DNA from: Candidatus Parcubacteria bacterium
GTDB taxonomy: Bacteria > Patescibacteriota > Patescibacteriia > UBA9934 > GWF2-40-263
Assembly (NCBI GenBank): GCA_016882235.1
Contig: VGKU01000002.1
Span: forward strand, 1 to 40,407
Direction: 5' to 3'
Length of the DNA stretch: 40,407 bases
Part shown: one piece after another, positions 25,229-33,726 of the stretch
How positions within the stretch are numbered: the first letter of the stretch is position 1
How the letters are laid out: each line of letters begins with the position of its first letter
Made by a program: the position numbers and the translations under genes
The notes under the pieces: generated by a model
Seen by the model: only the letters and a program-made list of their open reading frames with translations
What the model was told of the DNA's origin: nothing
Databases searched by the model: none

Positions 25229-25274
25229 CATTGAACCGTTTATCGAATCCTGTTTCCTAAAGCGATGACGATGT

Positions 25275-27362
25275 ATGCCTCGTGAATATCCGATAGAAAA
25301 AACCAGAAACTTCGGAATTTTTGCCCACATTGACGCTGGCAAGACCACCGTTTCCGAACGCGTCCTTTTTTACACCGGTAAGAAGCACAAGATCGGCGAG
25401 GTGCATGAAGGGGAGGCGACGATGGACTGGATGGCGCAGGAGCGCGAACGCGGCATTACGATTACCGCCGCCGCAACGACCTGTTTTTGGAAGGACCACC
25501 GTCTGAATTTGATTGACACTCCCGGCCATATTGACTTTACCGTTGAAGTGAAGCGCTCCATGCGCGTGCTGGATGGAGGCGTTGCGGTGTTTGACGGCGT
25601 CGCTGGCGTGGAGCCCCAGAGCGAGACCAATTGGCGCTATGCGGACGAATACGCCGTGCCACGCATCTGTTTCATCAACAAGTTGGACCGCACCGGCGCA
25701 GATTTTTTCAAAGATCTCAAAAGCGTCCATGACCGCCTGACCAAAAACGCGCATCCCATCCAGTTGCCCATTGGCGCGGAAGCGAATTTTACCGGGATTA
25801 TTGATCTCATCAAAATGCGCGCGTTTTTCTATCGCGATGAACTGGGTGTGACGATTGAAGAAACGGACATTCCCGATGAGCTGAAAGCGCAGGCGGATGA
25901 ATGGCGCGGGAAGCTGTTGGAAGCGGTTGCGGAAAACGATGAGGCGCTGATGAACAAGTACCTCGGCGGCGAGACGATCGCCGAAGAGGAAATCCACGAG
26001 GTTATTCGCAAGGCAACGATCGCCAACCTCTTCGTGCCGGTCATGTGCGGAAGCGCGCTCAAAAACAAAGGCGTCCAGCGTCTGTTGGACGCTGTGGTCG
26101 CCTATTTGCCAAGTCCGCTTGATGTTCCTGCTGTTAAAGGCACGGATCCGGACGATTCGGAAGCAACCTTGGAGCGTCATGCCAGCGATAGCGAGCCATT
26201 TTCCGCGCTCGCGTTTAAAATCGCGGCGGATCCGTATGTCGGCAAACTCGCGTTCTTCCGCGTGTATTCCGGCATGGTGAAAGCTGGTTCCTATATTTTG
26301 AACTCCTCAACCGGCGAGAAAGAACGGGTAAGCCGCATCGTGCGGTTGCATGCCAACACGCGCGAAGAGGTGAGCGAAGTGTACGCCGGTGATATTGCGG
26401 CCATGGTCGGCCTGAAGGGTACGTATACCGGCCATACCTTGTGCGATCCGGAGAAGCCGATCCTGCTTGAAGCCATTGTGTTTCCCGAGCCGGTTATCTC
26501 CATTGCGATTGAACCCAAAACCAAAGCCGACCAGGAGAAAATGGGCATGGCTCTACAAAAGCTTGCCGAGGAAGATCCGACCTTCCGTGTGCGTACGGAC
26601 GAGGAGACCAACCAGGTGATCATTTCCGGCATGGGCGAGCTCCATCTGGATATCATTGTGGACCGCATGAAGCGCGAGTTTTCGGTGGAATGTAATGTGG
26701 GCGCGCCGCAGGTTTCTTATCGCGAAACGATCAAGGGCGACGCGGATGGCGAGGGGAAATACATCCGTCAGTCCGGTGGGCGTGGGCAGTATGGCCATGC
26801 GCTTGTGCGTATTGAAAAATTGCCGGCCGGTTCAGGCATTGAGTTTGAAGAGGAAATCAAGGGTGGAGCCATTCCCAAGGAATACTTCAACCCCATTGAG
26901 AAGGGGGTGCGCGAGGCGGCCGACCGCGGTGTGTTGGCCGGGTATCCGCTGTTGGACGTCAAGATTACTCTGTACGACGGTTCGTTCCACGAAGTGGACT
27001 CATCAGAAGCCGCGTTTAAGATCGCCGGTTCCATGGCGTTTCAGGCCGCGGCGAGAAAAGCGGGTGTGGAGTTGCTCGAACCGATGATGAAAGTGGAGGT
27101 CGTGACACCAGAAGATTTCATGGGCACGGTCGTGGGCGATCTGAATTCCAAACGCGGGCAAATTCAGCAGATGACGGACCGCACCGGCTCAAAGGTGATT
27201 GACGCGTTCGTACCGCTTGCGGAAATGTTTGGGTACGCGACGACCTTGCGTTCCATTACGCAAGGCCGCGCCAGTTACTCCATGGAGTTTGACCATTACG
27301 AAGCCGTCCCGACAAACGTGGCAAAAGGGATTATTGAAAAGCGCGGCGGAAAGACCGCGTAA
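25275..27362 (+). CDS. fusA: elongation factor G
   Basis: 695 aa. [33 protein letters not shown], and EF-G domains IV/V ([12 protein letters not shown]). Confidence 0.98.
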   Translation: MPREYPIEKTRNFGIFAHIDAGKTTVSERVLFYTGKKHKIGEVHEGEATMDWMAQERERGITITAAATTCFWKDHRLNLIDTPGHIDFTVEVKRSMRVLDGGVAVFDGVAGVEPQSETNWRYADEYAVPRICFINKLDRTGADFFKDLKSVHDRLTKNAHPIQLPIGAEANFTGIIDLIKMRAFFYRDELGVTIEETDIPDELKAQADEWRGKLLEAVAENDEALMNKYLGGETIAEEEIHEVIRKATIANLFVPVMCGSALKNKGVQRLLDAVVAYLPSPLDVPAVKGTDPDDSEATLERHASDSEPFSALAFKIAADPYVGKLAFFRVYSGMVKAGSYILNSSTGEKERVSRIVRLHANTREEVSEVYAGDIAAMVGLKGTYTGHTLCDPEKPILLEAIVFPEPVISIAIEPKTKADQEKMGMALQKLAEEDPTFRVRTDEETNQVIISGMGELHLDIIVDRMKREFSVECNVGAPQVSYRETIKGDADGEGKYIRQSGGRGQYGHALVRIEKLPAGSGIEFEEEIKGGAIPKEYFNPIEKGVREAADRGVLAGYPLLDVKITLYDGSFHEVDSSEAAFKIAGSMAFQAAARKAGVELLEPMMKVEVVTPEDFMGTVVGDLNSKRGQIQQMTDRTGSKVIDAFVPLAEMFGYATTLRSITQGRASYSMEFDHYEAVPTNVAKGIIEKRGGKTA

Positions 27363-27366
27363 ATGC

Positions 27367-27458
27367 AAAACGACCGGCCGTGGACAATGCTTTGCCTTCA
27401 GGCCAACGGATGTATCGCCGTTGTCCCCTCGGGAGAGCATCGTCTGGCCGGTCGTTTT
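27367..27458. terminator. long hairpin acting as a bidirectional terminator between the convergent fusA and methyltransferase genes
   Basis: AAAACGACCGGCC (27367-79) pairs perfectly with GGCCGGUCGUUUU (27446-58). An inner hairpin is CAACGG-AUGUAUCG-CCGUUG. A/U runs lie on both sides. Confidence 0.6.
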
Positions 27459-28038
27459 ATTTTTTATAGAGGGAGACCTGTCCATCTACTGCAACCGGTT
27501 TCCACGTCGGGAAGGTAAACGTGTTGGAGACAACGCGCGCGCCCTCCGGGAGTTCCCGTCGCAGTTTTTGTTCCAGCCGCGCCATGGAGTCCTGCAGTTG
27601 GTAGAGAAGCACTACATCCGTTTTGGAAAGATCAGCATTCCAATACGATTGTTGGTGGATCCGCACGCGCCCATCGAGTCCTTTACGTTTGGCTCTCCAA
27701 CGTGAGAAGGCCGTGAGCGCCGGATAAATCTCGTACCCTTCGGCCGTGCCGGCACCAGCCGTGAGCGCGGCGAAGAGCAACATCCCATCGCCTGAACCCA
27801 TGTCCACCACATGGTCTGTGTCCGAAAATTGCGCGAGGCGCATCATCGTCGCGACCCGTTTTTTCTGGCTTGGCATCAATGGTGCGCCGTGGAACAACAG
27901 GGGAATCAGCAGCCCGCCGATCCAGAGGAGGCAGGCAAGGAGGGCCAAGATGACAAGCAGAGAGCCAACGAGTAGGATAAGAGAAGGGGATGGAGACACA
28001 AGAAAAGAGGAATATGGAACAAGAAAAATGGATTGCAT
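27457..28038 (-). CDS. class I SAM-dependent methyltransferase with an N-terminal TM anchor
   Basis: Motif I VVDMGSGDGMLLFAA and an N-terminal hydrophobic helix LILLVGSLLVILALLACLLWIGGLLIPLLF. Substrate unknown. Confidence 0.75.
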   Translation of the reverse strand: MQSIFLVPYSSFLVSPSPSLILLVGSLLVILALLACLLWIGGLLIPLLFHGAPLMPSQKKRVATMMRLAQFSDTDHVVDMGSGDGMLLFAALTAGAGTAEGYEIYPALTAFSRWRAKRKGLDGRVRIHQQSYWNADLSKTDVVLLYQLQDSMARLEQKLRRELPEGARVVSNTFTFPTWKPVAVDGQVSLYKK

Positions 28039-29027
28039 CTCACTACGAGATCGGCAAGGTGCTTCGCGTGACGCCCATCGCGGCCGGACTCATCCACAAA
28101 ACGTACGCGATCAAGACGAACACAGGCGAGTATATCATACAGCGCCTGCATCCGTTGTTAGCTTCCCAGAAGGTTGGCAAGGATGTGCTCGCGGTGACGC
28201 GGCATCTGCGCGCAAACGGATTCCCATCGCCCGAATGCGTCTTGACCCGAACAGGGCGCGTGCATGCGCGTCGCGGAAAAGACGTGTGGAGAATGCAGAC
28301 CAAACTGCCGGGCAAAACCGTTGATCGCATCACAAGCCCCGCGCTGGCGTTCAAGGCGGGCGAAATGTACGCGCGGTTCCACCGCGTGATGGACGGCATT
28401 GCGCATCGGTTCGGGTCGGATTTGGTCCTGCACGAGACGCCAAAGGTGTACGCGAAGTTTCTGTCCGTCATGAAAAAAAATCGGAGGAGTCCGCTCATGC
28501 GCGAGGTACAGGACGAGGTCGCGTTTCTCACGCGCGAGCTCAAAGCGCATCTGCTCCCCGCGAACCTCCCGAGGCGCGTGATCCACGGCGATCCGAAGAT
28601 TTCCAATATTCTTTTTGTACGCGGGAACGCGAGCGCGATTATTGATCTGGATACCTGCAATCGGCACACCATCCTTGTAGAAGTAGGAGATGCGTTGCGT
28701 TCGTGGTGCGGCAAGCGCGAGGACGATCCGCGCAATACCTTTTCCCTCCCGTTGTTTCGCGCGGCCTGGAAGGGGTATCAAAAAGGGGCGGCGGGGTGGT
28801 TGACCAAACGCGAGATCGCGCTGGTGCCCAAGGCGATCGGAACGATCACGCTTGAGCTGGCCGCTCGGTTTTTGACGGACGCGTTTGAAGACAGCTATTT
28901 CGGTTGGGATTCTACGCGTTACGAAAGCCGCCGCGCGCATAACCTCGCCCGTTGCCGTGGTCAGCTCGCGCAGTTTAGGGATTACAAACAGAAGCTCGGA
29001 AAGATACAACGGATCCTTAATGCCTGA
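28014..29027 (+). CDS. phosphotransferase-family kinase (APH / choline kinase / type II homoserine kinase fold)
   Basis: Brenner motif VIHGDPKISNILF, the IIDLDT metal-binding motif, and N-terminal ..AGLIHKTYAIKT..EYIIQRL. Start is ATG 28014 or ATG 27990; either overlaps the divergent methyltransferase start. Confidence 0.75.
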   Translation: MEQEKWIASHYEIGKVLRVTPIAAGLIHKTYAIKTNTGEYIIQRLHPLLASQKVGKDVLAVTRHLRANGFPSPECVLTRTGRVHARRGKDVWRMQTKLPGKTVDRITSPALAFKAGEMYARFHRVMDGIAHRFGSDLVLHETPKVYAKFLSVMKKNRRSPLMREVQDEVAFLTRELKAHLLPANLPRRVIHGDPKISNILFVRGNASAIIDLDTCNRHTILVEVGDALRSWCGKREDDPRNTFSLPLFRAAWKGYQKGAAGWLTKREIALVPKAIGTITLELAARFLTDAFEDSYFGWDSTRYESRRAHNLARCRGQLAQFRDYKQKLGKIQRILNA

Positions 29028-29044
29028 GCGTGTCAAAGGCAATA

Positions 29045-29075
29045 AAACACCCCCGGCATGGCCGAGGGTGTTTTT
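29045..29075 (+). terminator. intrinsic terminator after the kinase gene
   Basis: ACACCC-C-CGGC-AUG-GCCG-A-GGGUGU followed by UUUU. Confidence 0.7.
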
Positions 29076-29333
29076 GGCATCGGAACAGTGAAGTGTGTTT
29101 CAGGCGTGACAGAGTTTCTTCATCCTGTGCAAGCGCTTCATCCTTGTGCTGAACGGTTCCGGGCCTCTATCGCGATAATGCACAAGACCGCAATATATCA
29201 TAGAAAGCTGAAATTGTCAAGGGGTTTGACACTTCGTCCCGCTTTTTGCTACGTTGCACTCTGCTGTTTGCGCGGGCTAAGTCCCGCGACTGTCCTCTCC
29301 TCACACTCTCATCTTCTTCCATTCCTACCCCCT

Positions 29334-29747
29334 ATGACCCAGCAATTCCGCCGCATCCTTGATTTGGTCCGCAAAACAGGGGATACCCTCGTGGTTACGG
29401 ACCCCGATGGGGACGATGTCTTTGTGGTCATGGGAATGGAGCAGTATGAGTGGTTAATTGGAGAGGAAGCCGGAGAAGCAAAAGAGGCTGAAGAGACGAA
29501 AGAGGCTGACGAAAAAGACATCTGGGGGGCCATGAAGCCGGCACATGAGGACGGCGAGACATGGGATCTTTCCAAAATGGATAAAAACGAATTATCCGAT
29601 CTGGAAGAACAATATCGGCAGTTTGCCCACAGTCGTGTGGAAGAGGCCGTGAGCGAGAAAACGGCAAATCAGCCAAAAAATGGGGAAAAACCTAAAGATG
29701 ATGACGAATTGGGAGAAGAGCAATTTTACCTTGAACCGGTGGAATAG
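29334..29747 (+). CDS. hypothetical acidic protein; the N-terminal ~45 aa look faintly Phd/YefM-antitoxin-like, and the C-terminus is a D/E/K-rich tail
   Basis: 137 aa from ATG 29334. MTQQFRRILDLVRKTGDTLVVTDPDGDDVFVVMGMEQYEWL, then EEAGEAKEAEETKEADEKD... Coding status rests on ORF length and low-complexity composition. The track ORF from 29058 is unlikely to be fully translated. Confidence 0.45.
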   Translation: MTQQFRRILDLVRKTGDTLVVTDPDGDDVFVVMGMEQYEWLIGEEAGEAKEAEETKEADEKDIWGAMKPAHEDGETWDLSKMDKNELSDLEEQYRQFAHSRVEEAVSEKTANQPKNGEKPKDDDELGEEQFYLEPVE

Positions 29748-29754
29748 TCAGCTC

Positions 29755-29783
29755 TTGCGAGTTTTTTAGGCTTTTGTTATACT
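29755..29783 (+). promoter_or_regulatory. candidate promoter of tuf
   Basis: TTGCGA (29755-60), a 17-nt spacer, then TGT-TATACT (29778-83), about 59 nt upstream of the tuf ATG. Confidence 0.55.
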
Positions 29784-29841
29784 TCCGCTCGTTGCGTTTT
29801 CCAACACATCACCTAAACCTATCACCTAATACCTAACGTTT

Positions 29842-31035
29842 ATGGCAGAAGTTTTTGAGCGAACAAAGCCGCACGTCAACGTCGGGACCATCGGTCACGT
29901 TGACCATGGAAAGACCACGACGACCGCGGCCATCCTTGCGGTGCTTGCCGCCAAAGGCATGATCGCGCAGAAGAAGGGCGTGGACGACCTGGACAAAGCC
30001 CCAGAGTCAAAGGCTCGCGGCATTACGATCGCGACCGCCCACTGTGAGTATGAGTCCGACAAGCGCCATTACGCGCACGTGGACTGTCCTGGGCACGCGG
30101 ACTACATCAAGAACATGATTACGGGCGCCGCCCAGATGGACGGGGCTATATTGGTCGTTTCCGCAGCCGATGGCCCAATGCCGCAGACCCGCGAGCACAT
30201 TCTGCTCGCCCGCCAGGTCGGTGTGCCGGCAGTCGTTGTCTTTTTGAACAAAGTAGACCAGGTGGACGATCCGGAACTGATTGACCTCGTGGAAGAAGAA
30301 GTGCGCGATCTTTTGAAAAAGTATGATTTCCCAGGCGATGAAGTGCCGGTCATCCGTGGCAGTGCGCTCAAAGCGCTTGAGAATCCGGGCGACGAGGCGG
30401 CATCCAAGCCGATCATGGACATCATCAACGCGCTGGACACCTTTATTCCCGAGCCAATCCGCGATGTTGAAAAGCCGTTTTTGATGCCGATTGAAGATGT
30501 CTTCTCCATTGAAGGCCGCGGCACAGTGGTGACTGGTCGCATTGAACGAGGACAGGTGAAGATCAACGAGGAAATGGAAATCGTCGGGCTCAAAGAAGAA
30601 TCCTCCAAAACCGTCGTGACCGGCGTAGAGATGTTCAACAAACAGCTCTCCGAAGGACGTGCCGGTGACAATGCGGGCCTGCTCCTGCGCGGCGTGAAGA
30701 AGGAAGAAGTGGAGCGCGGCATGGTGCTCGCCAAGCCCGGTTCCATCACCCCACACACCGAGTTTGAAGCGGAAGTGTATGCGCTGACGAAAGAGGAAGG
30801 CGGGCGCCACAAGCCGTTCTTCAAAGGGTATAAGCCGCAGTTCTACATCCGAACAACGGATGTGACCGGCGAGGTGACTCTTCCGGAAGGGACGGAGATG
30901 GTGATGCCGGGCGATACGGTGAATGTGACCGTGAAGCTCATCCAGCCGGTTGCGCTTGAAGAAAAGATGTCGTTTGCCATCCGCGAGGGTGGCCGAACGG
31001 TCGGCGCCGGCGTGGTCACAAAAATCATTAAGTAA
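29842..31035 (+). CDS. tuf: elongation factor Tu
   Basis: 397 aa. [30 protein letters not shown] and SAL motifs, with the full EF-Tu domain II/III sequence. Confidence 0.99.
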   Translation: MAEVFERTKPHVNVGTIGHVDHGKTTTTAAILAVLAAKGMIAQKKGVDDLDKAPESKARGITIATAHCEYESDKRHYAHVDCPGHADYIKNMITGAAQMDGAILVVSAADGPMPQTREHILLARQVGVPAVVVFLNKVDQVDDPELIDLVEEEVRDLLKKYDFPGDEVPVIRGSALKALENPGDEAASKPIMDIINALDTFIPEPIRDVEKPFLMPIEDVFSIEGRGTVVTGRIERGQVKINEEMEIVGLKEESSKTVVTGVEMFNKQLSEGRAGDNAGLLLRGVKKEEVERGMVLAKPGSITPHTEFEAEVYALTKEEGGRHKPFFKGYKPQFYIRTTDVTGEVTLPEGTEMVMPGDTVNVTVKLIQPVALEEKMSFAIREGGRTVGAGVVTKIIK

Positions 31036-31045
31036 CGACTTCTGT

Positions 31046-31149
31046 AAAACGGCGCCTGTTCGTTTCACGGGTGCCCACTGACCTTGTTCGTCGTACGTTT
31101 GCGTACAAGGCAGGGGCTTGGAGTCCGTTGGACGAACATCCGTCCGTTT
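31046..31149 (+). repeat. 104-nt long hairpin after tuf (terminator-like; possible diverged member of the hairpin family)
   Basis: AAAACGG (31046-52) pairs with CCGUUUU (31143-49), and UGUUCGU (31057-63) with ACGAACA (31132-38). An inner hairpin is GUACG-UUUG-CGUAC. It contains CACGGGUGCCCA, similar to the family block CACGGGUGUCCA. Confidence 0.4.
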
Positions 31150-31200
31150 TGCAGAGGCCTTCGTAGCAAATTCAATTCCTCATCGTTCTTTCTGACAACT

Positions 31201-31536
31201 GTGGCCACAAAGGATCAACAAACAACTGAAGACAAGTCCCGCATCCGCATCAAAATCAAGGCGTACGACAGCAAGATCATTGATCAGGCGACAGAGACGA
31301 TTATCAAGACGGTGGAGCGTACGGGCGCCAAAGTGGTCGGACCGATTCCGCTTCCGACGGAAAAGCGTAAGTACACAGTCAACCGTTCCACATTCGTCCA
31401 TAAGGATTCGCGCGAGCAGTTTGAAATGCGCGTCCACAAGCGTCTGATTGATATCACGGAGCCTACGGAAAAAACGATTGACGCCTTGATGAGCTTGAAC
31501 TTGCCGTCGGGTGTGGATGTAGAGATTAAAACATAG
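31201..31536 (+). CDS. rpsJ: 30S ribosomal protein S10
   Basis: [70 protein letters not shown]. Start assigned to GTG 31201 and uncertain; there is no clear SD. Confidence 0.9.
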   Translation: MATKDQQTTEDKSRIRIKIKAYDSKIIDQATETIIKTVERTGAKVVGPIPLPTEKRKYTVNRSTFVHKDSREQFEMRVHKRLIDITEPTEKTIDALMSLNLPSGVDVEIKT

Positions 31537-31788
31537 GACCTCGCGCGAGATTGGAGATCTATCGGCTTGCGCCTCCGGGTGCCGCCTCCCCGTCGTTTTC
31601 CGACGGGCTGGCGACATCCTCGGCGCGCGCTGACCGTTCATCCAAGGGAGCGCGAAGTCATCCCTCATCTTCAGAACGGGGAAGAAAGATCCATTGGAAA
31701 ACCTTCCCGTGCTTCCGACGATGAAACAGGAGTCCCGCGTATTCATTTAACAGACCATTCCTCAAAACCTTTTTTGGAAGTGTTTTGA

Positions 31789-31838
31789 GCTAGAAGTCGG
31801 TCGCTGACCATCCTCGGCGCACGACTTCTAGCTTTTAT
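31789..31838 (+). terminator. terminator-like hairpin inside the S10|L3 spacer
   Basis: GCUAGAAGUCG (31789-99) pairs perfectly with CGACUUCUAGC (31822-32) around a 22-nt loop, followed by UUUUAU. It is immediately preceded by hairpin CUCAAAAC / GUUUUGAG (31761-89). Confidence 0.5.
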
Positions 31839-31850
31839 GCTAATTGTTAG

Positions 31851-31923
31851 GAAGAACGAATTCAGCTACTTATCCAACGAATCTATTGGTCCATGCGTAG
31901 ATTCGTAGCTCAATTCGTTCTTC
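31851..31923 (+). other. 73-nt extended hairpin ending 11 nt before the rplC start codon
   Basis: GAAGAACGAAUUCAGCUAC (31851-69) pairs 18/19 with GUAGCUCAAUUCGUUCUUC (31905-23). The inner stem is CGAAUCUA / UAGAUUCG. Confidence 0.6.
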
Positions 31924-31934
31924 GTAACACCGGT

Positions 31935-32564
31935 ATGCCTTTCCTCATCGGACGCAAAATTGAAATGGCCCAGCAGTTTAAGGATGACGGCACCGTCGTT
32001 GCCGTGACGCTTGTTAAGGCAGAGCCAAACATCGTCACGCAGGTGCGCACCAAAGAGAAAGATGGCTACGGTGCGGTGCAGTTGGGAGCCGAGAACGTCG
32101 GAGCGCTGAACAAGTCGGAGCAGGGGCATCTCAAGGATTTGCCGCTTGTGAAGACCTTGCGCGAATTTCGCATTACGGATGGGGCAGAGTACACCCGCGG
32201 GCAAGAAGTGCGCGTGGACGCGTTTACGCCCGGGATGCGCATTGATGTCGTCGGCTTTTCCAAAGGCCGCGGTTTTGCGGGCGTTGTCAAGCGTCATCAC
32301 TTTGAAGGCGCAAAGGCCACCCACGGCAACAAAGATCAAATCCGCATGCCCGGTTCCATCGGGTCGCAGAGGCAGGGAAAAGTGATTAAAGGCCAGCGGA
32401 TGGGCGGACATATGGGGGACGAGCGCGTCACGGTGAAGAATCTTGAGGTCGTTTCCGTGGATCCCGCGACAAATGTCATGGCGATTAAGGGTGCGATTCC
32501 GGGCGCGCGCGGAGGCCTCGTGCTGATCCGCTCGACATCAACCACAACGATATGGCACGCGTAA
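31935..32564 (+). CDS. rplC: 50S ribosomal protein L3
   Basis: MPFLIGRKIEMAQQF.DDG..VAVT.V...PN.V.Q.RT.EKDGY.AVQLG ... GFAGVVKRH.F.G..ATHG. Start at ATG 31935. Confidence 0.96.
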   Translation: MPFLIGRKIEMAQQFKDDGTVVAVTLVKAEPNIVTQVRTKEKDGYGAVQLGAENVGALNKSEQGHLKDLPLVKTLREFRITDGAEYTRGQEVRVDAFTPGMRIDVVGFSKGRGFAGVVKRHHFEGAKATHGNKDQIRMPGSIGSQRQGKVIKGQRMGGHMGDERVTVKNLEVVSVDPATNVMAIKGAIPGARGGLVLIRSTSTTTIWHA

Positions 32565-33187
32565 CGCTGTACAACCGCGAAGGCAAAGGGGTCGGGGAGA
32601 TTGAACTGTCTCCCGCCCTCTTTGACGTGGATTCCAATGAAGGCCTTGTGCATGATGCCGTCGTCGCACAGGAGGCGAATGTCCGCGTGGCGATCGCGCA
32701 TACGAAAGATCGCGGCGAAGTGGCCGGCACCGGCAAGAAGCCCTGGAAACAAAAAGGGACTGGCCGCGCCCGCCACGGGTCGCGCCGTTCGCCCATTTGG
32801 GTGGGCGGAGGGATTACCTTTGGGCCGCGCAGTATCCGCAATTTCGCGCTGAAGTTTAACAAGAAAGCGCGACGCAAAGCGTTGGCCATGGCACTCACTG
32901 ACAAAGTGCGGGGTGGCGCTCTGTGTGCGGTTGAATCACTCAGCGTGGAAGAAGGCAAGACCGCCGCGCTCGCGCGTTTGCTTAAAAACCTTCCGGTCGC
33001 CGGCAAAAAGACATTGATACTTGTAGAGGCTGAAAACCGTGAGGTGGGCAAAGCAGCGCGCAACATTCCAGAGGTCGCAACGATGCCAGTACACTCGCTC
33101 AATCTCGTTGAACTGCTGAAGTTTCCAAGCGTTCTTATCTCCAAGCAGGGGTTGGACGAGCTGACGGCGCATTTTAAGCGCGCATAG
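32552..33187 (+). CDS. rplD: 50S ribosomal protein L4
   Basis: ...KPWKQKGTGRARHGSRRSPIWVGGGITFGPR... Overlaps the rplC stop. Confidence 0.96.
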   Translation: MARVTLYNREGKGVGEIELSPALFDVDSNEGLVHDAVVAQEANVRVAIAHTKDRGEVAGTGKKPWKQKGTGRARHGSRRSPIWVGGGITFGPRSIRNFALKFNKKARRKALAMALTDKVRGGALCAVESLSVEEGKTAALARLLKNLPVAGKKTLILVEAENREVGKAARNIPEVATMPVHSLNLVELLKFPSVLISKQGLDELTAHFKRA

Positions 33188-33189
33188 AT

Positions 33190-33585
33190 ATGGGTATCCT
33201 CAACCGCTTCAAGAAAAAGCAAGAACAGCAGGCGCTTGGGCCGGACACGAAGGCCGTCGAGCAGGCACCCGTCGCTTCTAAGGCCGCCGTGAAGGCTGGT
33301 GCGGTCGATTCGCGCGTCGTGATCGCTCCGATCGTGACGGAAAAATCCGCGTATCTGGCCGCGCAAGGGCAGTATGTGTTTGAGGTGGAGCGCAGCATGA
33401 ATAAGGTGCAAGTGCGCGACGCGATTCGCGTGATGTACGGTGTGTTGCCCCTGTCGGTCAATATGGTCCGGCAGCGGGGAAAGAAGGTACGCTTTGGACG
33501 CACACAAGGGAAACGCAAAGGATGGAAGAAAGCGATCGTGACGTTGCCAAAAGGGAAAACGATTGAGGTCTACGAAGGGGTCTGA
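33190..33585 (+). CDS. rplW: 50S ribosomal protein L23 (with a ~35-aa N-terminal extension)
   Basis: The core IAPIVTEKSAYLAAQGQYVFEV....NKVQVRDAI..MYGV.P..VN.......KVRFGR..G.R..WKKAIVTL is L23. It is preceded by the K/Q/A-rich MGILNRFKKKQEQQALGPDTKAVEQAPVASKAAVKAG. Confidence 0.93.
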   Translation: MGILNRFKKKQEQQALGPDTKAVEQAPVASKAAVKAGAVDSRVVIAPIVTEKSAYLAAQGQYVFEVERSMNKVQVRDAIRVMYGVLPLSVNMVRQRGKKVRFGRTQGKRKGWKKAIVTLPKGKTIEVYEGV

Positions 33586-33597
33586 GAATAATCAATT

Positions 33598-33722
33598 GAT
33601 CTTTTTCAACAGAAGAGGAGATTCCGTCTTTCCAGGAAGCCAGCCGCTCAGACGCCGAACCACTTTGATCTGAACGTGGCAGGGCCCAGAAAGATGAAAA
33701 CTCGCTTCTGTGGAAAAAGATT
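33598..33722 (+). repeat. long-hairpin element, copy I (L23|L2 spacer, 125 nt)
   Basis: An 18-nt closing stem pairs GAUCUUUUUCAACAGAAG with CUUCUGUGGAAAAAGAUU (16 WC, 1 G.U, 1 mismatch). It shares the post-stem AGGAGAUU and the GCCAGCCGC block with copies C and J. Confidence 0.7.
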
Positions 33723-33726
33723 CACT

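Noticed and set aside
25236-25255. A TCGAATCC string suggestive of a tRNA T-loop in the S7|EF-G spacer
   Set aside because: There is no flanking T-stem complementarity, no acceptor or anticodon arms, and the loop reads AUCGAAU rather than UUCGAAU. No tRNA was found anywhere in the window.
27990-28038. A 25-49-nt overlap of the divergent 5' ends of the methyltransferase and kinase genes, as a possible antisense regulatory arrangement
   Set aside because: This is most simply a start-codon ambiguity: the kinase may start at ATG 28014 or later, and the only early Met of the methyltransferase is at 28038. It cannot be resolved without N-terminal or TSS data.
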